In this document: piece by piece, positions 39,082 through 49,000 of the stretch
How the letters are laid out: the number at the start of each line of letters is the position of its first letter
Numbering within the stretch: position 1 is the stretch's first letter
From: Bacteroidota bacterium
GTDB lineage: Bacteria; Bacteroidota; Bacteroidia; JABEUT01
Assembly: GCA_013289475.1 (NCBI GenBank)
Contig: JABCZW010000002.1
Span: forward strand, 12,265 to 76,264
DNA length: 64,000 nt
Direction of reading: 5' to 3'
Position numbers and translations under genes: made by a program
The notes under the pieces: model-generated
Database searches by the model: none
Told to the model about the DNA's origin: nothing
What the model saw: the letters and a program-made list of their open reading frames with translations, nothing else

Positions 39082-39738
39082 ATGGAGCCCTTTCTTTCTC
39101 ATCCCTCTTTGACGTTCTGGGTAATTTATATAGCCCTCTTAACTTGTTTTTATTTCTGTGATAAAAAATTTGAGATGCTTCGTGATATAAGTATGGCTGA
39201 TCCTAAGCCATATAGTTTTTCACGTGTTCAACTGGCTTGGTGGACTGCTATAGTTCTGGCTGCATTTATAAGCACTGCGCTTATACAAAACCACGTACCT
39301 ACTTTATTGGATTCTACTCTGTATTTAATTGGCATATCAGGTGCCACAACAGCAGCAGGCAAAGTGATAGATTCTTCTGATAAACGGAATCCAGATATTT
39401 CCCGTCACCAGGATTCAAAGGGTGATAACTTTCTTCTTGATATACTTTCAGATGAGAATGGTATAAGTATTCACCGGTTTCAAACAGTAGTTTTCAATTT
39501 TGCCTTCGGTATTGGGTTCATTATTCATGTATTAAGACAGCTAAATATCCATGATAATGTTGTTAAGCTTCTTAATCCTATGTTAGATATCACACCCAAT
39601 AATCTTATATTACTAGGTCTTAGTTCGGCAACTTATATAGGATTGAAAACAACTGAAAACTCTACAAGTACTCAGCCACCAGTTAATGAGTTTATTAAGG
39701 ATGAAGGAAAAAGTGATTCGACAATTCCAAAAGGATAA
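39082..39738 (+). CDS. Multi-pass membrane protein of unknown function (4-5 predicted TM segments)
   Basis: 218-aa ORF. Hydrophobic segments LTFWVIYIALLTCFYF, LAWWTAIVLAAFISTALI, LYLIGISGATTAAG, FQTVVFNFAFGIGFIIHVL, LILLGLSSATYIGL. Its stop lies 3 nt before the amidase start. Confidence 0.55.
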   Translation: MEPFLSHPSLTFWVIYIALLTCFYFCDKKFEMLRDISMADPKPYSFSRVQLAWWTAIVLAAFISTALIQNHVPTLLDSTLYLIGISGATTAAGKVIDSSDKRNPDISRHQDSKGDNFLLDILSDENGISIHRFQTVVFNFAFGIGFIIHVLRQLNIHDNVVKLLNPMLDITPNNLILLGLSSATYIGLKTTENSTSTQPPVNEFIKDEGKSDSTIPKG

Positions 39739-39741
39739 CTT

Positions 39742-40518
39742 ATGGGAAACATGAATATAATTAAAAAGACCTGCCCCAATTATTCTACTGGCAGAACAGG
39801 CTACCGGCCGGAAGCTATTGTAATACATGTTATGGATGGCACTTTAGTTGGTACCGATAGCTGGTTTGCGAATCCACAGTCAAATGTTTCTGCTCACTAC
39901 GGTATTGGAAAAATAGGGGAAATACATAACTACGTTGTTGAGGAAAATACAGCATGGCATGCCGGAAGAATTAATACTCCATCTTGGAAATTGATTAAAC
40001 GGACAATCAATGGCGATTATATTAATCCTAACCTCTATACTATAGGTATTGAACACGAAGGTACTGTTGACAGTGACTGGCCAGAAACTATGTATCAATC
40101 AAGTGGTAATTTAATAGCCCAGATTGCTGCAAAATGGAATATTCCTATCGACAGACAACATGTTATAGGACATCATGAAATTTATGCCTTAAAGCCATGC
40201 CCAGGTAATAAAGTTGACATGAGTAAATTAATTGCAGTGGCTATAGGAGATATAAAGACACACCTGGATGCAATTGCTAATCCAACCCCTTTGCAAGGAT
40301 CAGGACTAACTATATGCGCGTTAAATATGCGATTTAAACCTAACAGAGATATAGCACCTGTCTATACTGTTAACAAAGGGACAGTTTTAAATTATGTAGG
40401 CTATAGTGACCAAGGTGAAAATATAAATAAGGTTAGCAAGTGGTATTGCACCGAAGATGGTTTTTGGTTTTGGGGTGGTGGAGTTGAAAATAATTCAACA
40501 GTAGATCAGAAACATTAG
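39742..40518 (+). CDS. N-acetylmuramoyl-L-alanine amidase (Amidase_2/PGRP type) with C-terminal SH3-like wall-binding domain, no signal peptide
   Basis: 258-aa ORF. IVIHVMDGTL..SAHYGIGKIGEIHNYV..NTAWHAG, IGIEHEG, HVIGHHEI...CPG (zinc-amidase signature). The C-terminal ~90 aa (ALNMRFKPNRDIAPVYTVNKGTVLNYVGY...WY) is SH3b-like. Confidence 0.85.
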   Translation: MGNMNIIKKTCPNYSTGRTGYRPEAIVIHVMDGTLVGTDSWFANPQSNVSAHYGIGKIGEIHNYVVEENTAWHAGRINTPSWKLIKRTINGDYINPNLYTIGIEHEGTVDSDWPETMYQSSGNLIAQIAAKWNIPIDRQHVIGHHEIYALKPCPGNKVDMSKLIAVAIGDIKTHLDAIANPTPLQGSGLTICALNMRFKPNRDIAPVYTVNKGTVLNYVGYSDQGENINKVSKWYCTEDGFWFWGGGVENNSTVDQKH

Positions 40519-40535
40519 TAAAAAAACCAAATCAA

Positions 40536-40626
40536 AATGCATCACTTTTGCTTCACCATGAAGGAAGCATAATAGTAAACTCTTTATTAATGGCGACTCT
40601 TAGAAAGGGTTCGATTCGGGAGTCTC
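40536..40626 (+). repeat. Intergenic repeat unit A (aatgcatcac block, 73 nt, then gttcgattc tRNA-T-loop-like block)
   Basis: It shares 22 of 26 nt at its 5' end and the gttcgattc block, at nearly the same spacing, with unit B at 41435-41531. Confidence 0.6.
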
Positions 40627-40666
40627 TTAAATATCAGCACTTAAAATCTAGTATATTTGTTTTCCT

Positions 40667-41209
40667 ATGAGTACTGAATTTAATACCGGTTCACGTGTTG
40701 AACATCCCGGCTTTGGTAAGGGAGTTATTGTGTCTGTAGAAGCTGAATATTATGTGATATGGTTTAAGTCCCAGCAAGGCACTAAGATTGTAAACAAGAA
40801 TGAAAACTTGCAGTTACTCACAGTCTCTGACAATGGGCCAATTAATATAACTGTAACGCTCGGTGATATTGAAGATGCACTTGAACGAATACTGAACAGA
40901 AGAATAGATACTTCAGAGACTATTCCTATGGCTATAAAATGGAACAAAGGCACATTAGTATTTAAACCGGCTGAAGCCGAAGTTCAATCAAAGGAGATAC
41001 CTATCGAGACTTTCTTCCACAAAATTGTGATGGTGCGCGATAAACTACGGGTAATGGAACAGAAAATTAATGCCCATAAAATGCTGACTGATTATGAAAA
41101 GGTGGAATTGCAGCAATATATAACTGGCATTTATGGCTCACTTACTACATTTAATATACTATTTAAAGACAGCGACCACCATTTTAAAGGTGTAGTTGGG
41201 AAGGAATAG
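40667..41209 (+). CDS. Hypothetical protein with N-terminal DUF3553-like (UvrD C-terminal Tudor/SH3-like) segment
   Basis: 180-aa ORF. GSRVEHPGFGKGVIVSVE resembles the G..V.H..FG.G.V signature. The remainder is predicted helical and unassigned. Confidence 0.45.
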   Translation: MSTEFNTGSRVEHPGFGKGVIVSVEAEYYVIWFKSQQGTKIVNKNENLQLLTVSDNGPINITVTLGDIEDALERILNRRIDTSETIPMAIKWNKGTLVFKPAEAEVQSKEIPIETFFHKIVMVRDKLRVMEQKINAHKMLTDYEKVELQQYITGIYGSLTTFNILFKDSDHHFKGVVGKE

Positions 41210-41434
41210 GGTTTATATGTGCCTTTATTAGAATTAACTACTTACATATAAGTTATAATGTAAAACTATAACTGCAAATTCACTTTTAATCGCTGCAATA
41301 TCTCCTGTTTTTTCTACGTGCCACCTCAGATTGTTATTGTCAGACATAACAACAAAATAAGGTTCGCCTTTACTGTACTCTTTTGGCCAAACGCCTTATG
41401 CTTTTAAATTGTTTTATTTCAATCTAATTTAAAG

Positions 41435-41531
41435 AATGCATCACCTTTGTATCACCTTGATTAGGGTGTTGATTATAATGTATTGATAAACAATGAATTG
41501 TATTAAAAAGTTCGATTCCTATCGGAGCCAC
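41435..41531 (+). repeat. Intergenic repeat unit B, ending in a perfect 22-nt copy of the tRNA-Arg 3' end (candidate attR)
   Basis: 41510-41531 gttcgattcctatcggagccac is identical to 18054-18076 minus its first base, that is T-loop through discriminator plus 1 nt. The 5' block contains the direct repeat atcacctt-N3-atcacctt. Confidence 0.8.
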
Positions 41532-41532
41532 G

Positions 41533-41560
41533 AGGGGGTTTTCACCCCCTTTTTCATTTT
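41533..41560 (+). terminator. Hairpin terminator immediately after the tRNA-3'-end copy
   Basis: aggggg-ttttca-ccccct followed by ttttcatttttt. Its position fits an original tRNA terminator. Confidence 0.5.
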
Positions 41561-41790
41561 TTCATATTTATTCAAGTGCCTGAAAATCAACACTAATTTT
41601 TTTATACAGATTCGATTCCTTTCAGGAATCGCCGGAAAATGTTTCACCTCTGGGTAGATTCCTCTTCTACTTTCCATGAACGGCATAACATTCTACAAAG
41701 TAGTTCTTTCATTATAAGGATAAATAATGACGCCTAAATATATAAAAGGAAACAGGAAAATGAAATAATTATAAGATTAATCTCATGTGT

Positions 41791-44700
41791 TTATTGCACT
41801 ACCACCTTCTGCACCACAGCATATATATGTTCCGCATCGAATGCTTTTATAAAATATACACCAGCAGCCAAATTATTGCGTTGTAATCCGTATTGTTTGC
41901 CTGAGCATTCTATGCTTTCAATTTTTCTGCCTGCTACATCATCCAGTTCTAAGTAATGAACTCCGCCTGTGTTGAAAACTATACTGGTTGTTGTTGTGAA
42001 CGGATTTGGGAACACAGCAATGTTCAATTGATTTGAAACATGCTGAACTGATAATGGGCCACCTACGATAGGGCTCTTTGTTGTGTTGGTTATTACAACG
42101 GCATTGGCATCGAAGTAAATGCCTGCACCATTATAAATCACATCTCCAGGTGCTGCACTTGCAGCAGGATTAATTGTGTATTTAAACACACCAATACTTG
42201 TTGTCTTGCTGGTTTCCGTATCAGGCAGGTTAATATTGGTGAAGGTAAATTTTGCAATATTACCTGATACAATTGTTGTAACCACATCGCTACTTGCCGA
42301 TGTTACTTTTAATGTAGTGGGGTCAACATACTGGCTGAGTGTATCTAGCACTACCACATTTTTTGCAATAGCAGTTCCTGTATTCTGGAAGTGAATAGTA
42401 TAATTGAGTTGTTGTGTAGGAGAAATATTTCCTTCAGGCAATACACTCTTTTCGTTGGGGTCAAATGGGAAACCGATACAGTATTGTGACAATGGTTTTA
42501 CCCAATAGGTAACAAAATTATTAGCAGGAACTGAATCGCCAAAGGTAGGGGTGATAAGCATGGTAACGGATACACTATCATCTGCAGGTAACAAATCAAC
42601 CGAACCTGTTAACGACACACATTGTGTTTTACCAATATCAGAAAGGCTGTCATAATTCCATATTAAAGTATCTCCGCTTACGTGCGCAATACTATCTGAT
42701 ATTATACTTGTAATATGAAAAGCAGTATCTAAGATCAGTTTCAATGTTCCGTTTGTTGGCATGCACCTATTGTTATATATACAAGCCTGAATAGATGCGT
42801 TGGAGTTCTTTGGGGTATCAATACAGACATATAAATTACCTGTAAGATCGAAGCCATTTGATTTAGCTACAACTATTGACTGAGTAATAGAACTACTGCA
42901 TTTATTTTGGGTTCCCACCAAAGTATAAGTAGTAGTAACGGTTGGGCTTGCGGTAATGTTAGCACAGCTATAGCAACTTATACCTGAAAACGGCGCCCAT
43001 ATATATGTTGAGGCTCCACTTGCTTTTAGCTTAGTTGAGTTTCCATCACAAATAGATGTATTACCTGATATGGTTAACGAAGGTAGATGGGTAACCACAA
43101 CTGCAATACTTGTATCAGCTGAACAAATACCAAGGTTTGTACTTACAGTGTAGGTTGTATTTAGGGCCGGGCTAACAATAATAGTAGTTGAAGTATCTCC
43201 TGTATTCCAGGTAAAAGGCTTGGTGCCACTTGCTATTAATGTGTCTGCAATGCCTGCGCATATGGTTGTCTTTCCGGTAAGGTGAACTGTTGGCAATTTA
43301 TCTATAGTAATAGCGTAGGAAGTGTCTTTTAAACAACCTCCTTTAATTATGGCAACAGTGTATGTGGTAGTTAAAGGGGGGCTCACTAAAATTGTATTTA
43401 GTGTATCTCCATTATTCCAATGATATGTTGCGCCACCTGTTACAGATATAGTGTCAATAGCTCCGGTACAAATTTCATTTTTTCCTGAGAAGGTAATTGT
43501 ACCCAAAGAGTTTACATTTATAGCAATAGTGGTATCGGCGCTGCAACCTGCTTTTGTCCCTATAACTGTATATGTAATATTTGAAGCCGGGCTTACTACA
43601 ATTGTGTGTGTGGTATCTGTTGTATTCCATATATAGCTTGTTCCGCCTGTAGCTGTAAGAGTATCTGTATTGCCTGCACATAATGCTGTTTTACCGGAAA
43701 CTTTAATTACGGGCAGTTGTGTAACATTTATAGAAAATGATGTGTCGTTGGTACATGTGTTCAAAGTTGCCGTTACGCTAAATGTACTGGTTGTTGATGG
43801 GGTAACTATAATACTATCTGCAGTGCTTCCCGTACTCCAGGCATAGGCTGTGCCTCCGCTAATTGTAACTGTATCAGCACCACCTCTGCATAAACCTCCG
43901 GCTCCTTTTATTGTTATATGCGCTAATGGCTTTACAGTAACAGTAAATGAACTATCTCTTGTGCAACTTCCGGTTACACCAATCAATATATATGTATGTG
44001 TTGCAATCGGCGCAACAATAATATTGTTTGTTGTTTTTCCATTACTCCAGGCATATGTATTAGCACCACTGGCATTAAGGGTGTCAGGTACCCCTGAGCA
44101 TATTGTATCGGTGTATGTAACGAAAAAATGAGGCATGGAATCAACTTTTATAACCACCGATGTATCGAGCGTACAGGTAGTGTTTTGTACACTAACGGTA
44201 TACGTGCTTGCAACGGACGGTGCGGCAATTAAGGTGTTTGTTGTACTACCATTGCTCCATGCATAATGTATTCCGCCCGATATTAGTATTGTATCATTAG
44301 TTCCTCTGCAAACTGTACTATTACCTTTTATGGTAACAGGAAAAGGTACAACACCAACAAACATTGTATCGGTAGATTTACAAGTGTTCGCATCAGTTAC
44401 GGTTAATACATACTGTCCTTCTGCAAGACCACTGATGGATGAAGTGGTACTTCCGTTTGACCATGCATAACTATAAGGTGCCTGTGCCGAGCCTGCGCTT
44501 ATACTTACCGCTCCATCAGCATATCCTCGGCAAGTTACCAGTGTTAATGATTGAGTTGTTTCCACAGGATTTGGTAATACTGTTATGTAATTTGTTTTAG
44601 TTATGGAATCAATATCGGTTGTATTGATTACTATCATTTTTACGGAATATTTGCCTGGCGTCGAATAGGTAACAACAGGGTTGCGCGCTGTTGAATTAGC

Positions 44701-46014
44701 AGGTGTGCCACCGGGAAATGTCCATGCCCAGTTTGTTGGTTTGTTGGTCGATGAATCTTTAAACTGAACGCTTAAGCCGGCGCAAATTGTGGTAGGTGAT
44801 GCAGTAATGTGTGCAACGGGTGGTGTGCGGTGTATCAGTATTAAGCCACCGCCAGGGTAAGCACCAATTCCGCTATTGCCACCGGTTCCATACCTTTGTA
44901 GGCTTGCTAACGCTTTTTCTGCGTTAGTAGATGGGTTAAAACTGAAAATAACTCCAACTCCATAAGCCCCACCTGTCTGAGCTATTCCATACATTAAGCC
45001 TGTAGCTGAATCCTGAACCAACTTGTCAATGGGTCCGCCGCCATCAGCCCCGCCGGTAAAATTATACCGTATCGAATCTTTATTTGTTGTAGGATCAAAA
45101 CTGAATATTATTCCTCCGCCATGGGTTCCACCCTGAACAGCCATACCATATATCAATCCATCTTTTCCCTGTATAAATGTACAATCAGGGTAAGCGCCAA
45201 TTGTTCCTCCTGTAAAGTTTATGAGGAGACTATCCTCAGTGCCATTAGATGGATTGTAACTGAAAGCAGCACCTTCGTCAGCGCTACCACCTTGCGAAGA
45301 CGTACCATACATTATGTTGCTTTTTGCCTGAAGCAATGTATATTCAGGATTGTCTGCACCCCGTGCAGTACCTTTAAAACATATCCTTATACTATCTTTA
45401 CCGGTAACCGGATCGTAGCTGAACAAGACACCGTAATTAAATATACCACCACCCTGAGTTAAACCATAAAGTAGCCCGTTAGTACCTTGTATTAAACTAC
45501 CTAAAGGGGCTGAACCATTAGTAACATTAAAATTAATGAGCACACTATCTTTACCTGTAACCGGGTCGAGACTGAAAAGAGTACCCTTGGAATGTGATCC
45601 TCCACCATATGTCATTCCATATATCAGACCGTTAGTAGCCTGTATTAAACCTCCATTCGGAGAATCTCCATTAGGGCCGGTGAAGCTGAAAATGGCACTA
45701 TCCTGCCGTGTTACAATATCAAAACAAAACAATACTCCTTCAGCTGCAGAGCCACCTACCGGGCTCATACCATAAAGCAAACCATTAGATGCCTGCATAA
45801 GTTCACCTTCAGGATTTTCACCTTCCACATTTTTAAAGATATGCATTAAAGAATCTTTGCCTGACACAGGGTCGAACGCAATTATTGTACCATGATCATA
45901 GGTTCCGCCATATTGTGTCATACCATAATAATTACTGCCGTAGTAATTAAATTTTTGGGCATGAATGCTTAATGTAATTATAAATAACACGGAGAGTAGC
46001 AGGTGTTTTTTCAT
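41791..46014 (-). CDS. Giant secreted GloVer (Gloeo_Verruco) repeat protein with PKD, SprB-repeat, Ig-like repeats, DUF11-like domain and T9SS type-A CTD
   Basis: The ATG at 46014 (MKKHLLLSVLFIITLSIHAQ) is preferred over the GTG at 46020. About 7 repeats of GG..G.G..F.(F/Y)....G.......F.G..G..P.G.L.Q...G..YG.T. PKD (WAWTFPGGTPANSTARNPVVTYSTPGKYSV). About 9 Ig-like repeats. PFDPNEKSV...IHFQNTG. C-terminus VFPNPFTTTTSIVFN...GVYFIKAFDAEHIYAVVQKVVVQ. Confidence 0.8.
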   Translation of the reverse strand: MKKHLLLSVLFIITLSIHAQKFNYYGSNYYGMTQYGGTYDHGTIIAFDPVSGKDSLMHIFKNVEGENPEGELMQASNGLLYGMSPVGGSAAEGVLFCFDIVTRQDSAIFSFTGPNGDSPNGGLIQATNGLIYGMTYGGGSHSKGTLFSLDPVTGKDSVLINFNVTNGSAPLGSLIQGTNGLLYGLTQGGGIFNYGVLFSYDPVTGKDSIRICFKGTARGADNPEYTLLQAKSNIMYGTSSQGGSADEGAAFSYNPSNGTEDSLLINFTGGTIGAYPDCTFIQGKDGLIYGMAVQGGTHGGGIIFSFDPTTNKDSIRYNFTGGADGGGPIDKLVQDSATGLMYGIAQTGGAYGVGVIFSFNPSTNAEKALASLQRYGTGGNSGIGAYPGGGLILIHRTPPVAHITASPTTICAGLSVQFKDSSTNKPTNWAWTFPGGTPANSTARNPVVTYSTPGKYSVKMIVINTTDIDSITKTNYITVLPNPVETTQSLTLVTCRGYADGAVSISAGSAQAPYSYAWSNGSTTSSISGLAEGQYVLTVTDANTCKSTDTMFVGVVPFPVTIKGNSTVCRGTNDTILISGGIHYAWSNGSTTNTLIAAPSVASTYTVSVQNTTCTLDTSVVIKVDSMPHFFVTYTDTICSGVPDTLNASGANTYAWSNGKTTNNIIVAPIATHTYILIGVTGSCTRDSSFTVTVKPLAHITIKGAGGLCRGGADTVTISGGTAYAWSTGSTADSIIVTPSTTSTFSVTATLNTCTNDTSFSINVTQLPVIKVSGKTALCAGNTDTLTATGGTSYIWNTTDTTHTIVVSPASNITYTVIGTKAGCSADTTIAINVNSLGTITFSGKNEICTGAIDTISVTGGATYHWNNGDTLNTILVSPPLTTTYTVAIIKGGCLKDTSYAITIDKLPTVHLTGKTTICAGIADTLIASGTKPFTWNTGDTSTTIIVSPALNTTYTVSTNLGICSADTSIAVVVTHLPSLTISGNTSICDGNSTKLKASGASTYIWAPFSGISCYSCANITASPTVTTTYTLVGTQNKCSSSITQSIVVAKSNGFDLTGNLYVCIDTPKNSNASIQACIYNNRCMPTNGTLKLILDTAFHITSIISDSIAHVSGDTLIWNYDSLSDIGKTQCVSLTGSVDLLPADDSVSVTMLITPTFGDSVPANNFVTYWVKPLSQYCIGFPFDPNEKSVLPEGNISPTQQLNYTIHFQNTGTAIAKNVVVLDTLSQYVDPTTLKVTSASSDVVTTIVSGNIAKFTFTNINLPDTETSKTTSIGVFKYTINPAASAAPGDVIYNGAGIYFDANAVVITNTTKSPIVGGPLSVQHVSNQLNIAVFPNPFTTTTSIVFNTGGVHYLELDDVAGRKIESIECSGKQYGLQRNNLAAGVYFIKAFDAEHIYAVVQKVVVQ

Positions 46015-46024
46015 TTGCACCTAT

Positions 46025-49000
46025 TTATTGTACAACGACCTTCTGTACAGCAATGTATTTATGTTCGGCATCATAAGCCTTTATAAAGTATATACCGTCG
46101 GCTAAGTTCTTGCGGTTAAGCTCATATTGTTTGCCGTTACATTCAATATTTTCTAATTTACGACCTGTGACATCATCTACTTCTAAATAATGCAATCCGT
46201 CTACGTTAAATACAATACTTGTGGTACTGTTAAAAGGATTAGGGAAGGCCGCAATATTTAACGCAGTTGAAATGTTTTGTACAAACAATGGCGCACCCGG
46301 AATTGTATTTACTGTAGTATTGGTCATTATTTCAGGGTTAGCATCAAAATAAATACCTGCATGGTTCTTTATTTGTGTGCCTGCAACATCCGTGCTGAGT
46401 GGTAATATAGTATACTTCACAATACCTATGCTCAGTGTTTTACTCATGGCGGTGTCGGGTAAGTTAATAGCATTGAATGTAAAGTTTACAGTATTGCCAG
46501 AACTAATAGTAGTAACTACTTCAGCACTGCTGGATGTTACTTTAAGTGTAGTAGGGTCAACAAACTGGCTTAGCGTATCCATAACTACTACATTTCTAGC
46601 CACTGCCTTTCCAGTATTCTGAAAGTGAATGGTGTAGTTAAGTAATGTTGTTGCTGTTATATCTCCCTGCGGAATCACACTCTTTTCATTCGGATCAAAA
46701 GGTAGGCCTTGGCATTTAAACTCGGTAGGTTTTACCCAATATGTAACAGAATTATTTGCAGGAACCGAGTCGCCGAGGGTAGGTGTAATGAGTAGGGTTA
46801 CAAAAGCACTATCGCCCGCCGGTATATTACTTATACTTCCGTTCAACGATACACAATGTGATTTGCCAATATCAGAAAGACTATCATAATTCCATATCAG
46901 GGTATCTCCGCTAACATGCGCAACACTGTCAGCCGTCATGCTAGTAATATGCAATGCAGTATCCAGAATCAATTTTAACTTACCGTTAACGGGCATACAA
47001 CGGTTATTGAATATACAGGCTTGTATAGATGCATTTGAAAAGGATGGAGTGTCAATACACACAGTCAGGTTACTTGCCAGGTCGAAGCCATTCGATGGAG
47101 CCACGTTAACTGTCCTTGTTGCAGTACCATTACATCCGTTTGTTGTGCCAATAATAGTATACGTAGTAGTAACAGCAGGAGAAACTGATAAATTGGCTGC
47201 CGTAATTACACCTGGAAACCAAAGATAGCTATTGGCTCCTGTAGCTGTAAGCTTGGTAGAACTTCCGGAGCAAATAGTCGAATCGCCTGTAATTATTATT
47301 AACGGAATAGGATTAACAGTTAAAACTACTGAAGTGTCTTTCAGGCAAATACCATTATTTGCAATTAATGTATATGTTGTAGTTGTGGCCGGGTTTATTA
47401 TTATAGTATCATTTGTAGAGCCATTACTCCACTTGTAATTATTTACTGAACTTACCCTTATTGTATCGTAGCTGCCATTACAAATTGCAATATTGTAGTT
47501 TGCACTTATAACAGGTAGCGGATTAATAGCAACACTAATTGATGTATCGAGTATACAAGCGCCTTTTTTTACAGTTACTGAATATGTGCTGGCAGAAACA
47601 GGGGCAACTATAATTCTGTTCGTTGTTGCTCCTGTATTCCAGGCATAGCTTGCCCCTCCCGATAAAGTAATGGTGTCCTTCAAACCAGGGCATACCATAG
47701 TTTTGCCAATAATGCTCAGTGATGCAAGAGAATTTACAGTTACAGAGAATGTTGTATCTTTTGTACAGGTTGAACTGCTTACATTAACAGTATATGTTGT
47801 GGTTGATAAAGGGTTCACAATTATACTGTTATTTGTAGTTCCGTTGCTCCACACGTAACTTATGCCTCCGCCAGCTATTATTGTATCACTTATGCCGGAA
47901 CAAATTGAATTAACGCCTTTTATTGTTGCAACCGGTAATGAAAGAATAGTAATTGTTATAGATGTATCTTTTATACAGCCTGCCTTGTTTTTTATTGCCA
48001 CAGAATAAGTACTTGTTGAGGCAGGTGTAATAATTATATTGTTCTTTATTGAACCTGTATTCCATATATAAGAAGAGCCGCCGCTTGCAAAAACAGTATC
48101 AGGTATTCCCCTGCAGATTGTACTCTTATCAATTATTCCCGCTATGGGTAATGTAGCCAGCACAAGATTTACAGTATCGTAATTGGTACATGTGTATTTG
48201 TCAATAGCGTATACTATATATTGGCCCGAAGCAGCAAGTTTGAATGAAGTACTGTTAGTAATACCATTATTCCAGGTATATGTGCCGCCGCCCGGGATTG
48301 ATGTTGCTGTAAGGGTTGCTTTACCGCCTGTACATACCGTATCATTAGTAGGAATTGAGGTGATTGTTATTTTAGGTAAATCAACAGTAAGTTTAACTGT
48401 GTCGGTAATAGATTTAAGCACGCAACCGTTCGATACTACACATCTATATGTATAGCCACTCATTTTTACCCCGGCTCCGGTTATATTAAGTGTAGTTGAA
48501 GTAGTTCCTGAATATAATCCGCCGTTTATTATATTGGTAAATACATTAGTATTTGTGTCCACCTGCCATTGATAGGTTACAGGGCTACCTGCGCTGGCCA
48601 GTACAGTAAAAGAAGTATCTCCACCGGGACAGATAATTGCATTTTTTGGTTCCCTGTTAATGAATGCAGGTACACACACTTCCAATAAACGGGTCCATTG
48701 TGGCGCTTGGCCATTGCTGCCTGTAAAATCAAGTATTTTAGTAAATACATTAGTTGCCGGATTTATTTTAAAAAGAGTTCCATAATTAACAGAACCACCA
48801 TTCATCGCCATGCCATATATCATTCCATTTGTAGCCTGTGTTAAGGTACAATAAGGGGTTGCCCCTAAAGTGTCATTGAAATCAAAGATATCAGTGTAGG
48901 TATTTGTGTTGGTATCAAATGTAAATATGGCACCATAACCATGAGCGCCGCCTGAGCCTGCTGTGCCATAAAATAAACCATTCGATGCCATCATAAGAGA

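Noticed and set aside
18076-41509. Annotating the tRNA-bounded segment as a mobile_element feature.
   Set aside because: No integrase, excisionase, transposase or conjugation gene is recognisable. I kept it as a hypothesis in the findings rather than as a feature.
41611-41631. A second tRNA-like fragment (ttcgattcc) about 100 nt after the tRNA-Arg 3' copy.
   Set aside because: Only the 9-nt T-loop-like string is shared. The sequence folds as a simple 7-bp hairpin (cgattcc-tttca-ggaatcg) and has no acceptor-stem match.
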